NCBI RefSeq assembly: GCF_031769215.1
Contig: NW_026782739.1
Location: 62,001 to 126,000, forward strand
DNA length: 64,000 bases
Source of the DNA: Ylistrum balloti
Lineage: Eukaryota
Reading direction: 5' to 3'
How positions within the stretch are numbered: the stretch's first letter is position 1; every line of letters starts with the position of its first letter. This document shows, in pieces, positions 1 through 13,227 of the stretch. The notes beneath the pieces were generated by a model. The model had not been told where the DNA came from, searched no databases, and worked only from the letters and a program-made list of their open reading frames with translations. Position numbers and translations under genes: made by a program.

Positions 1-2669
1 ATTATACAATAAAATAAAACCTAATCTTACCTTATCAATTTTTAATATAAAAAGTGGGAAGTAATAATTATTTATAAAACAAAACTACATACATCTTTAC
101 AAACTCACAACCTAGCTACTATACATATCTAACTCTGGAATGCATTGTTTACCCAATACACTGACCTTTTATTCTGATACAATAGATGATGAAAGATTTC
201 AGTGTGAAGAAACACAGGTAAAACCCCTTGGTAGATGTATGGTGATGACCACTTGTAACACATGGTATACACATATGTCTCGATGTCAAGATTCACTCAT
301 GGAGTAAGTAAAATATACATATATACAAACTGTCTTACAGAAATCACATCCACTTCCTTCCATACACATGTAGTCAAGTCATTCTCTGTCTATAATCTTA
401 TCTGTAAGCTTATTACAGAAGCAGATTGGTTGGGGAAATTTTTCTTTTTAAAGTAATTTTACTATGGCTATAAATAGATATGGATTGAAAACCTTAATAT
501 AGTCCTTCCGTGAAAATGGACCCCAAAAAGTTTAGACACAGAAAAGTATATGTAGGGACTGTCAGGTAAGCAGTACAGATAAGCAACAGTACCTATATAT
601 TTTTACAATTGACAATTAGATGTAACAGATTAGAGTTTAACCTAGTACAATTGTATTGCCCACCTGATATATGATAAAGTTAAAATCAAATACAGAGTAA
701 ATCAGTATCCTTACATTACCACATGCATCATTTTTAATGGATCATAAACATTTTTTAGAGAAAATTACATACATTAATTTCAATCAATAAATCAGTTTTG
801 AAATATCATAATTGATTAGTTTGAATCAGAAGTGTAACCAATTAGATACTGAGTATGATTTATCAATGGAATAATACTATCCTATATCCACCTTAGCAAG
901 CCTAAATATCCATACAATATCCAGTTTTATCCTTTAATCATGACTTTGTTTAACAGAATATTCTGTAGTACAGTGAAAGATAAAGTCACAGATAACAGAA
1001 TATGGGGGATAACTCTTACTCAATTACATGGTTACTACATACCTCAATGCTTTAAATGTGATATAAATGACAACTAAAAGACAAATTATTCTGTGAAAAC
1101 AACAGTAAGAAAAGATCATTTCCTTATGTGATCTATGTTTCTCTGCATATTAGATGACTTTCTTTAGAAAAATTTGCAAATCACATTCTAGTCAACTTTT
1201 TGTTTGACAAAAATGTTACCAAAGGGTGCCATGATACATGTAAAGAAAGTTGGTAAATCCAATTACAGTACAGATATAACATTAACAGTCAAAGATAGTG
1301 TTGTTTAAGGACTATAATACAGGTACATAGAATTTTAATATTCATTATGAATATAATGGTATGATTTTTTTCATAACAATTAAAACTTTATACCAATAAT
1401 TTTCTACATAGCATGACTTGTCATTTGTAGCTTAAAGATTTCATCATTATTTATGCAATGTCAATAAAACACAGGAGCCTGAAAAAAGTTCCACAACTTG
1501 TGAGTTTTCTTTTTCATACTTCCTGATCTTGAGTCAGAAAATTTCAAAAACTTTAAATAGAAAAAAAAATGAATTGAGATAATAAAGAACATCATATACA
1601 GCAATAATCTATTGTGATCTACCTCTATCAGGATGATAAAATTTCATCAAGGCCCACCACCATTCAGAATAATTATATAAACTTTGAGTAGATTTTACCT
1701 TTGTTGCTGAATGTATTGTAGTCCATATCATGTTTTACTTGCCACTGTCACAGATCTGTAAACTTCAACTTCCCAGTCTTATCCCATAACCTATTACCTC
1801 TCAATAATACCCAGCCCACTGACCTGTTTGCATTGTTACTTCCTTGACCACTCCTGTTCTGTCTTCACTATGTCATTCACATTTTTTATCAATTACAAGA
1901 CTACCTGTGTCCTCCCCCACAAGCATGTGTAGCCCTGATTCAGTACATCGGTGAATGGAGACCACCAGTATCTCAATACACCTGTATCCAAATGTGTATG
2001 CCTGTCGCTCAACTAAAATTAATCTTGTCACAAGACACATTTCAATTCAGATCTGGTTCAGATGAAACCAGAAATAGATATTGCTTTCATCAGCAGTAAC
2101 ATAAATTCATCCTCAATTCAACTTTTCTTGCACTTTGTTATTACTGTAGGATCGAGGGCCATATGTGGCTTATTGAATATAACATATGTATCTGTTTTTC
2201 ACTAAAAATGTCACAGCTGTATTTATGAAGCGGTATAATTCTAAATTCTGTTTAATTACACTAGACTTAATTTCAGAATAAAACAGAATTTTGTGATATA
2301 AATGGACAAAAGTGATAAATATGCTGTTTTGAATTGGAAATGAGTAAATATATATATATCCCATTAACATAACAGGCAGGAAGGAAATATTCAATCAATA
2401 AATGTGAATCTGTCAAACACTATAAGGTCATATATCTATACCAGTTTTTATATAAATTGTTCTATAGTGGATGTGTGTGTATATATAAGACCTGTACAAT
2501 ACAAAGTATCTATATGTGTCTACAATACACTGTATCTAAATAAATAATAATGTGCAAAAAATGTTATTACATGTATATCCACCAAAAACATCACTATGGT
2601 ATGCAAATGTTAAAATGAAAAAAGAAAAACCATTAATCTTCACCTTAACCATTTGTGTCAAATTTCTGA

Positions 2670-3145
2670 AATAATTTCCCTATAGGGTCCTGGCTATGTG
2701 GTCAAACAGAAGTCAGTTTCAGATCATTTATACTCGGATGAAAGACTATTTAAGAACATGCATTTCCCCAATTAGGCCCCAACCACTCATACTCCATCTA
2801 CATCAGTCTATACAAGGCTGATTCTCCTTCATCGAAGAAAACTACAGACCAATATTAGATATCTATTCATTCGTAAAGGAGAGAAAGGATTTTAAAACAT
2901 TTATTCTATTTCACCTATTGGGTTCATCCCTCTCATCCTATGGGGCAAAGACCTAATGTCTAAACAAAACTGATTTCCCTTCACCTAAGGATGCTTCAGG
3001 GAAGATTTCTGCAATTTCATTGAAATCACTTCAGGGGTTTTAAAGAAGGAGTGAAAAAAATGTTTAAAATTTACGATTTCATGACGCTGGACAAAAGGCA
3101 ATCACAATAGGTCATCATGAGACTTTGTCTCAGGTGACCTAAAAA
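2670..3145 (+). mobile_element. HINE remnant
   Basis: 3' hairpin GGTCATCATGAGACTTTGTCTCAGGTGACC (3110-3139) plus an A run; same end structure as the 33178 element. The 5' limit is approximate. Confidence 0.5.
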
Positions 3146-5160
3146 GGCCCAACAAGGGACCACAGGGAATCACCTTTTGAAATTTGAGGAAGACCCATCC
3201 AGTCTTTCTCAAAAAATAGTAACATTAACAAACTTTCATTGTCAAAATTCAAGATTGTCACCTCTACTGGACTGACAGCAGATCATAGACAAAGGACACA
3301 GCATGATTTGAACAGCCCACCATCTGATTACGATGACCTAATAAAATCATAAAAGAGTTAAAGCTTGAAACATACACTTTTATGTAACATTAACCATAAC
3401 AACTCTGGAGTCTATTAGCAGATGTATGTTGAATCAACTATCAACGTCCCAAAATCTGCAAAAACCAATTCATTTCTCACTACTTCGTCCCAAAATGAAT
3501 GAATTATGCTTACATTTCTGAGGCCTTCAGAACAGACAGCTACAGCGTTTACACTACATGTGCTTGCCTAAGAAAAGCAACTGTTCAGGAATATTTCTGC
3601 TTACAATCCTCCTGCTTAACCATGAAACAACACAGCAGGAAACTGTTTCTGAGGTCGTTGGTCATGTCTGATATCAATACAGTATCTGCATCAAAGACTG
3701 CTCAGAGCTTTAAAACATCCCTGCACAATTACTTGTAGTGTTTTCATCACACAAAATTGTAAGCTTCCTGTCTGCTGCTGAATGATGGTTAATATAATTA
3801 AGGGTCAGTGATATTTTATTGAGACACAGTTATCGTACAAAGGACAATCATCATAACAAAACACTAGCCAGCTGATTCACATTTTCTAACAATCCTGTCA
3901 AAACAGCACATCAGTAACAGGTTTTCTTAGTGCATACATACCTTCACAACATGTGCATCATGTGTACACAACCATGCATGCTTATGATTCAGAGATATTG
4001 CTACGGATAAATGATCGATACACAAGTATCTTAGTTATAAATTTATTTATAGCGTCCACATTATAATCTGGAATTTTGTCATCTATTTTAGGGGGGAAAA
4101 CTGACAAAATCAAACACCACATATGCTTCTTGGTTCAAATTTTGAAAATACAAATGCACCAGTTATGTTTACAAACCTTTGCACAAAATACAAATTAAAA
4201 GAACTAAATTAATCACGTAAAAATTACAAATTTAATTCTGTGTCAGAATCAGAATGAAATACCACACTATCATTTTTGTACTTATTTTTAGCATGGTATT
4301 TTTTTATTTTCATCTATAGAATTACAATTTCCTTATGCCTTTCAATCTTGATTGAAAAATAATGCTGTTAACAATAATATTGGTTTGATTGGAATAATAT
4401 CAACATTAGGACAACAATATGTTAGCTGTTCAATGGGGAAATATTCTCAATATGCAAGTGTTTTATTAAAATAAATCCACTGTACATGCATTTATGTAGC
4501 TTAGGCACTAAGTTTGATTTTCTTTATATTTACAATTGTCATCTTCTAATAGAGCTAGCAGTAAATGATAATAATCAGCACTGATATTTATTATTCATTA
4601 AGTACCATAATAGCTGGCTATCAACACCTTAAAGGACCTCCTGAAGCCAACAAATACTGCACAAACCAATTTCTAGATCGTTATTTAGTTCCAATATGTA
4701 AAGTGGAGTAAAAATCAATAATATGTACAGTGTAACCTGGAGACAAAACACCACTTAACCTGACAATGCATGGGTCACAGACATTACACTACATAATGAA
4801 ACACATCAAGGATATGCTCCGATCTACACAATCTTATAAGAATGTGTATAGCCGTGACTGAAGCACATTCTTCATTTTCACAACTGATCATATTATATAT
4901 ATAAATGGCCTTAAAGGAGGACAGATGAGACCACTCAGATAGAAGTTTGAGGCTTGAGAAATTTTAGAATGAAGTTAGAATGAAAATTAATGGACACATT
5001 AGATAAAAGGATGAACAAAAAAGTTGGGGAAGGCAATGGAAAAAAGAAAGACAAGGAAAACTTAAGGAATTCACTGCTTGCAATGTATTTATAGATATCA
5101 AGAAATGGAAAACAAAATAAACAAAGACATGATCTAATTAAAATACAGTTCATCATTATA

Positions 5161-5619
5161 CACTACATAATGACAATCTGATGGTGGCTGGTAAGGGGTC
5201 TTGTTGAGATGACCTTTCAACCAACCAATCAAAACATGATTGCCAAAATCTTGCCAGAGCCTGTTTCTCTTCAGTTCTTATCATGGTTGGTCTTTATCAA
5301 AAAGATAATAGCTGCGTGTCCAAAGTGTCCAAAAAAAGAAGATGGCTGCACCCATCGCATCGTGTTTTAATTGGATAATGTATGCATTATCTGTGGATTA
5401 GTTTCCATCATCGTAAATACCTATGAGAAAATGAGTATTTTCAACACTGCTTCCATTGCCTATTTCTCGCTTCAACTTTTCAATTCAATTTGCACAAACT
5501 GCCATACAGACTTTTGAGAAACAAGTTTTGATTGGCTGAAAAAAAAATTGTATTTCAAGCATTGAGGTCATCTGAATGTGACCCCTTACCCTCCACCATC
5601 AGATCTTCATAGCGTAGTG
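5161..5619. mobile_element. Non-autonomous CACTA/EnSpm-type MITE (459 bp)
   Basis: TIRs start CACTAC and are 33/40 identical (5161-5200 vs 5580-5619); TA on both flanks (5159-5160, 5620-5621). Confidence 0.75.
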
Positions 5620-6574
5620 TACAATGATGACCTGTATTTTCATCAGATTGCCAAAGACAGTTACCAAGATAATACTAAAAAGGTTAATACTGACCACAAC
5701 CTGAAGTCTACATCCAAGATCAAGAATGGAAGATATGAAAAATGTACATCCAACTTTATAAAATCATGTTTGAGAAATAAACAACACTGAGAAGCATCGC
5801 TTTTAATTACCGGTATTGTCGTACAAACAAAAACAGAATAAAAGGTAGACAAACTGAAGTATTACTGACAAAACCATAAACTTACTGAATATAATGGAGC
5901 AACAGACAGCTTCAGGTCAGTTAAAGTCACCACGAAATTCCAATGTCCCAGCATTTTAATTTAAACCTGACTTCTTTCCCTATCATTATCCATGCAATGA
6001 GAGCCAGAAATCATGTTATTATGATACAATTATTAACTGACTTCTGATGATATGACATCTAGTTATATAGCGAACAGCTGTAAAAAAAATTGGAACAAAA
6101 AAAATTTAATTTTATACCGAATGTATATGACATTCTTATAGGGTAAAGATGAAAAGTAAGATCCAGTATCCTAAATGATCACAAAAACAAAATGTATAAC
6201 ATGGGATACCTATATATAACTGACATCAAAAACTGAAACCACACAAATATTTCTAACAGTGTGACAGACAACAACAATACATCTGTAAGATGAACATTTC
6301 TCTTATGATATCCTACATACCACATTTGCTGACAATAACAATGGATTACGTTACCAACTCTATAGCTAGCTGTCTGCCAAGTACAATTGCTGTTTAAGTT
6401 CATCCATATAATTGCAGTACTGGTAGATTCGCAAGCTGTTTGACCAATGTATCTCTTGACTTAATATAAACAAATTGAATTAAGACATTATTTCTAAACT
6501 CACATGAAAACCATGTATAAAAAATCAATTGATCTATATATTACATTACTGCAGTATTCATCCTTCAGTAAGCC

Positions 6575-6878
6575 AAGGGAGTATGTGTTTGTTAATGTTT
6601 GCTGGGCTTATCACTGGGTTTCCTTGCAGTAAATATTTAGCTGGTGGCTATCTAACTGAACAACAGATGGAAGGCCCATCACATGTCTTCCAGAGCAATT
6701 AGAGCAAAGTGTCTAACCTAAGGGCACAAGTTTGGCAGCACAGACCAGTCCATTTGTTAGCTAACTGCTTCCTAAGAAACAAACCACTAAAGGCAAGCAA
6801 CATTGAACCATACTCCTAAGATCTTAGTCTGAGGTTATGTAGACCAAAGCTTCACCAATTAAACCACTGTGACCTCCC
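6575..6878 (-). mobile_element. Degenerate tRNA-derived SINE
   Basis: Minus strand begins GGGAGGTCACAGTGGTTTAATTGGT (A-box-like), then GGTTCAAT (B-box-like) and GTGCCCTTAGGTTAGACACTT, which resembles the GTGTCCTTGGGCAAGACACTT core of Deu/Meta-type SINEs. Confidence 0.45.
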
Positions 6879-8341
6879 AAGGCTAGGAAGCCAACACACT
6901 ACCTCTTAAAGCAAATTCAGGAGGTGGGCTTATTACAAGACAATTTAACATAATTCATTGGAAAGGCTACTGAACAGCAAGTTAAGTATAATGTGTGGTC
7001 TTATCAATTACCATGAATGAGCTAATTGCAGTTGTTAGATAATTAAGGTGTAACTGATGCTGATTACATGCATAGGTCATATGTTTCATATGTTATCTAT
7101 ATTTCAAGGAGCATTGAAATACATGTACTTTACAAAAGTCAATCTTAACAAACTGGCCAAATATTTTAACTGTTTTCTTCTTTTTCTTGTCAGAAGGGAA
7201 AACTGAAGTACCATATAATAGCACAAAACTAGGAAACTATCACACCAGTCACCAGTGATCGATCAGAACTTTCATGGTTCTTGTACATGTTGCATAAGAA
7301 TGAATAAGTTATGAAGGAAACGTTTAAAAATGACTGTCTCCAATGAATACATCATGGTAAGAAAGTTCCCTTTTCAGCTTTTCATTAAATGACTTTCAAC
7401 TTTAAATTACATTTCTACTCATATAGATATAAAAATATTTATATTTGAACCGGGTATTATATCTCAAAAGAATTAACCTAACAAGTAACATCTCTTACTA
7501 TTAGTAGCCAATTAACATACTACACTGCATGTATGTACATATTATGAATTCAAAGAAGCTATAATTTATTCTACTAGCCAGCAGCACATCACCAACAAGT
7601 CATAGTCAGGTTGTATTTTGAGAAGTTTAATTCCCATTCTCTAACTTCATGAAACAAAGAAACAAAAAAAACAAATTAAAGGCAAAACATCTCCAACAGG
7701 TCACAATCAGGTTGGAGCTTAATTTTTTTTACGAAACAGAACAGTAAAACCATCACATAAACTACATATGTACTTGCATTCTTATCCAGTAATAATCCCC
7801 GGCAACAGCTTAAAAAAATAAAATACTACTGGACATTATACAAATTATGTATTAATATTTTTGCCAGACCAAATGTTGTAATAGTAGTCTACAATCATTT
7901 CCATCCAACAATGACCAGCCATAGTTAGTTTACATCAGGAGAATCAGTAATAAATAAGTTACCACTGGTTCTTTGTTAATTTTAATACTTTTTTTGATCA
8001 TTTTACTTATGCATTCTATAAAGTTGATAATGATAAACACTTTTACACTCTCGCATGCTAATACAATTTATCCTAACCTTGTTTCAGAACAAATGTACAT
8101 AAGCATAGTAATGAGAAGATTTTTAAGAAACATTTAAATATTTACCTATCAATAGTGAATTATTTATTATAATGGATAAAAAAGAAATTCTACCAGTAAT
8201 GAAAATCCAATGAAATAGTTTAACAGTTTTTCCCTGGTCTGTTAAACAATCACCATATGATTTCAATATTTATGAATGCAAGGTGATTGGTATAAAATAA
8301 AGCTTCCAACCACTAACCAAGTGCCATGATATTTTTTCATG

Positions 8342-8372
<31 letters not shown>

Positions 8373-9025
8373 TATCTCAATTACAACACTGACATAACTC
8401 TGCTTTGGATATATATGTCTACATACATGTAAATGAAAACAATGAAGAAAAAAAATTTTTTAATCCCCTCTCTTAAGAATAAGTAAATGAACAACCTTTT
8501 TATTACTAGGAGGTAATAGCATTACAATATACTGACATAATATTGCCGACTCCCTTATGTCATGACAAAATAATGAGATCGTGTTTTGGACCACGGTAAC
8601 ATTTTATGGAAAACTGCATTCTATATTCAGTGAAATCATATCTGTTTCACGTGACACCTAAGGTTCAGTCATCTGTTACAGAAGTATCCAGTCGTTTGTC
8701 ATTTTTAGAGGTTTATCAAAAGATTGGACGAACCGACATTTTTTATAAGACGAAGAGAGCATCACGGGATCCGTCAAAATAGGATAGGTCAAATACCACA
8801 TGACTGAAATAATGTTATCTAAAATCGTTGAATATTTTACCCAATAAAACAGAATGTGGTTATTCAAACGAAAATTTCCTATTCCTGTCCTCAATCAATT
8901 TTTATTATACAGATTTTCATTGAAAAATCGACCGAAAATGACAGTTGTCGATGGTGTTGCCAGTCGCTGTATCAGATTGGAGATGATGATGCGAGTTGAA
9001 AAAATACTAACTTCAAAGGACTTAC

Positions 9026-9137
9026 CAGATATGCCCGTTTGAAAACGACTGGCGTTGATAGGTGATTTCTCAGTTATACTTAAAGGTGTCTCCATCGACG
9101 TCTGCAGGTTCATACAAACATTGAAATCCACTGACAT
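9026..9137 (-). CDS. Possible first coding exon of an unidentified gene running off the left edge (MSVDFNVCMNLQTSMETPLSITEKSPINASRFQTGIS-G)
   Basis: ATG at 9137, strong donor CTG|GTAAGT at 9025 (phase 1), CpG-enriched surroundings. No matching downstream exon found in 1-9025 and the peptide is not recognised. Confidence 0.3.
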
Positions 9138-11496
9138 AGGGTTTTCCTTCTGCTCAAATTATCCGCTCCACGTTGTTGCTAACTCAGAACGAGTCTGCCG
9201 TGGAAGTGGTGCGTTCGAATGCACAAATTAAAAGTATCATACATCCCGTCCTAGGACAAATCATTCTTTTTCATTACGGGCTGTGTAAATATTTAAAATT
9301 AGATAGCCATGCAAAGCAATCGATATTGTTATTAAATAACAGGGACGTTATTTATGTCCCTGAAAATAATCAATGTACCCGTTTATGATAAGAAATAAAT
9401 CATTTCTAGAAGCTGATGTAGGTGTTGGACACCGACTGCATGTAATACACAGTATTTTATATGTTATAATTACCTTACGGACAACAGAAACCTACATAGA
9501 AAGGGGATGTGCTTTAACAGGGTGTATTAAATATCTCCTAAGCTTTCATTTCATTCTTTGGCTACCTGCCAAATTCTGTTACTCTAAATACTGAACATTT
9601 TTCACTTTTCTAAGAAACTGAACCCATTTTATTTACGCGTGTATTATCTAATTAATGCGCGTTGAACACAATCAGCTCTCTCGACGAAACAGATTCTTGA
9701 CAAGCTTTAAATTTGTTAAGATTTTCTCATGAAAAATCATCAGTGATCTCCTTAATGACGTTAGCGTGTTTTAAATGCGTTGCTTTTATTCAAGTTTTGT
9801 CTCGTGGCTGCGATTTTCATTGCAAGAATGTTGGGTTTTAAAATGATTGACACAGTGAACTGATTGCAATGTTTAAGTAATACACTTAGTGTGAAGTAAA
9901 TGGGATATACATGTGTACAGTACCTCTGGAATTGTTCTTTATGTAAAGCTTTTGGGTCTCACTCCATTGGCTAAGGATCTGCAGGTTTCGGCACCAGAAT
10001 TAAAAATAATCTTTGAATCACAAATAACAAATTTAAATCAGCTTTGCAGTTAGTCAAACTGTTTTGTTATAGCATCTCTGGAAGTAAAGAATGCCTCAGT
10101 ATCTTTAATATTTGAAGTAGAGACATGCACTGTTTACACACGGGATTAAAGCTTATGATATCATCTCTAACATTACATAACCGACCATATAAGATATTTT
10201 GATGAGTGTATATTGTCTTGTAGAATTTGGAACTGGTTGAAAGTCATTAAAATTGTTTTAAATCTTGTGTCAGTGACGAGGGACATTCAGCCAAGTTTAT
10301 CATTTGTCATCAAATGTATGGTTTATATTCACAATTCCTCAAAGAATACCTACTTGCAAAAACGCATTTTCGTAATGGAGATATACCGTGACGTACAATC
10401 TCACCACTCGAATCTTGGGAGAGCAAACTTTTCCCCAGAGCGTCTTCTTCAACAAGGAAGGCTAGAAAAAAACACAAGGGAATAGGTAAATAGGGTGGGT
10501 GACCGATTTGTACGTAAATGTATATGTTACTTTTGTGGGTTGAAACTGAAACATTGTCGCGGAAATCAGTTCGCCATTCAGTCCTGTATTTGAGTGTTAT
10601 ATGCTAGAATGATGATAAATTCTTAGTATCCAGTAACTATATATGTCTATATTAAGCACTTAAACTATGTTAGAAAATTGATGGGTTTTTTTTTTTATCT
10701 TATTTGCAGTACAGACTTAAATATGTCTGTACTAACAGGATATCTGAACTAGTGACCAACTGGAATTAAGAAAACGCATACAAATCCTTTTTTGCTACAT
10801 TTGTCAATCACTTGCCTTTTTTATTTTTGCAACAACCAGACTTATTTTTATGTGCCTTTGGGGTTCAAAGTAGTCACTCAGGCTTGTCTCCGGTTAATAA
10901 TTCCGAAAGTCTTCTTTTCTACTGTTTTGATGGGAATTCGCACAATCAAAGCTGTGTACTATACAGCTTTGCATGTTGGATTTATTAGTCTAAATCTTCA
11001 TGTTTTGCCTTCAAAATCACAGCACTGCAGTGACAGAATTTATTGAATAATCTTCATATATTACAAAATGAAATTATGTATTGATATCTGTCTTACTTTT
11101 TTTTAAAATCTTCAAACTGTTACTTACGGTTATTGAATACAGAAAATTTGTGACATATTTCTGACAATTCAAAATGACATCAAACGCATTAATGGTTTGA
11201 TTTTTACTTGTTAGCATTGTTGTAAGGGTTAGCGCTTTGAAGATAATGTCTTAATACATTATGATACTTGGAATGCATATAACATGTAGAGTGTACGAAT
11301 TGTAAATGACATATTGATGAATCATGTATATATTAAAGCGGTATCTGTATGAGAAATCAATAGTATTTTATATTCGTGCTATATAACTTGCAATAATTTA
11401 CTAGCAATCCAACTTGTCATGAATATATGTTCCACAATATGTTATCACTACACGTTAGGCGCTACAATCTATGATGCAGTACTTAATGCGTTTCCA

Positions 11497-11734
11497 CATC
11501 CTCGATATTCCAGGGGTTACGATCACTTTCGCTCTCTGCATCGACACCCAACATCAAAACCATTGCTATATGCCGCTATGCGACCTCGAGATTCGTTTGA
11601 TTCAAATCAAAGGACCAAACTAGTCTTTTCGTCTTATCCACAAGGTGTCGCAAATAGAACCTTCAATTTTGTCATGGCATGTTCCAGAGATGCAGAGAGC
11701 GAAAGTGATTGTAACCCATGGAGTATCGAGGATG
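11497..11734. mobile_element. MITE-like element (238 bp) with 46-bp TIRs
   Basis: CATCCTCGATATTCCAGGGGTTACGATCACTTTCGCTCTCTGCATC (11497-11542) matches the reverse complement of 11689-11734 at 43/46 positions. No clear TSD. Confidence 0.7.
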
Positions 11735-12559
11735 GTGTTTCTAGTACTTTGGGAAGGGTTTTAAATATAAATTCAAGTTGTTTTCCGATTCTAGATATAT
11801 TGTGTGTATTTGTAATTATTGAATAAAATGTTTTTTAAAACTACTCAAGGTGATTTTTAACATAGAAGAATACCTCCTGTTAATACGTCCAAATTTTGAC
11901 AGATGTGCCTCTGCAGTGGGACCAAATCAACATGTTATGACTAAATTGTTGCTTCAGAGAAAAAGTAAAATAATGGATATTCTTGTCTAGCATCAGAAAT
12001 CTGTTCCCCTTCGTTCAAATGTAGCGATCAACCGGAACAAACTTGAGGATATTGGTACCACGAACCTATGGTCAAAGTAAATTTGAAAATTGAACTTTTT
12101 TCCTATTCAGTAGACTCATTATAAATGAACCACTGGGAAAAGACAACTACCAAATTTCATTAACGAAATCCCAACCCTAAGGTCCGTATTCTTATTACAT
12201 GTATGTTGTAATACGGACTGTGTCAGACTTAAATTACGGGAGTGTATTGGAATATTTTTCTATGTCAACACATTGAATGAAAAACAAGGTGGACTGACGA
12301 AAAGCAATTTATCTTAGTCTTTGAAACGGTTGTTTAATGGGTTCATCCGGTATCCATTATGAAGATTGAAGGTTCTACACAACAGAAAGTTCAATTCAAC
12401 AACACAGAAAAATGTACACATTGTGCTGTAGTCTAACTTGGGGACTTTAATTGGAGAGAAAATAATGAAATGTATCATAATTACTACAGCTGGGTCAGCT
12501 CGTGTCATAATTACTACAGCTGGGTCAGCTCGTGTCCACCATATGTAAGGTTTGGGAAC

Positions 12560-13210
12560 AATTACTAAATAATATCTCATCACTATATTGATGTGATGAC
12601 AGCCAACTCCTTATTAAACAACCTACGTGGATATTGGAGATGGACCGACAGTTAGATAGTAGAGTCTGCGATTAATTGGACAGTGTTCAAGTCGTTTATG
12701 ACGTTTAATTACTTTGAAGATATATTAATAAATGAACGTCTAGCATTGTTTCCAAACTGTAGGCAAGAGAAGCGGGAGAGGGGGTTCCATTTTGATGGAG
12801 ACAACATAGGAGTCTAGCATTGTTTCCAAACTGTAGGCAAGAGAAGCGGGAGAGGGGGTTCCATTTTGATGGAGACAACATAGGGAGTACTTCAAGGATA
12901 AGTCTTGTACCGAAATTATTCGTTATATTTATGACGTGTTTTCAGAAAGTATACAGTCAATCAAAAGCAAAGGGTTTAGCTGATGATACCAAAGTATTTC
13001 ACCTTATACAAGGAGAAGCTGACGAGCATAAACTTCAAGACGAATATTCCAAAATTTTAAATGTGAAGTGAGGATTGTTATTGAAGCCTAATCCTGCAAA
13101 ATGTTTGTAAATATATTGAGATCGATTATGAGAAGGAAGTACTTTTTTTACGTAGAACTTGTAAGTAGTAGAGAAATATAGCACTTAGGAGTCATTATAC
13201 ATGTAAGTAT
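12560..13210 (+). pseudogene. Decayed CR1-like reverse transcriptase fragment with an internal 74-bp tandem duplication
   Basis: Translation SLVPKLFVIF...LADDTKVFHLIQ...KLQDE...PNPAKC parallels GSVLGPILFVMF...FADDTKIFRII...LQKDL...HPQKC of the intact LINE. Direct repeat at 12738-12811 and 12812-12884. Confidence 0.65.
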
Positions 13211-13227
13211 ATCGTATCATTTGTTAT

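Noticed and set aside
1699-1984. Coding-looking minus-strand segment with in-frame TGA codons (selenoprotein or retroelement remnant?)
   Set aside because: Every frame has several stops including TAA/TAG, no recognisable family motif, and no SECIS identified.
3390-3740. Possible decayed LINE 3' end (VSASKTAQSFKTSLHNYL*)
   Set aside because: Only weak resemblance to LINE C-termini; too degraded to call without an HMM search.
5581-5660. Apparent minus-strand exon (YYLGNCLWQSDENTGHHCTLRYEDLMVE-G) with a GTAAGG donor
   Set aside because: The donor and half of the exon are the right TIR of the CACTA MITE, mirrored at 5161-5200.
11419-11826. 135-aa plus-strand ORF
   Set aside because: It spans the 238-bp inverted-repeat element and has no recognisable domain or splice context.
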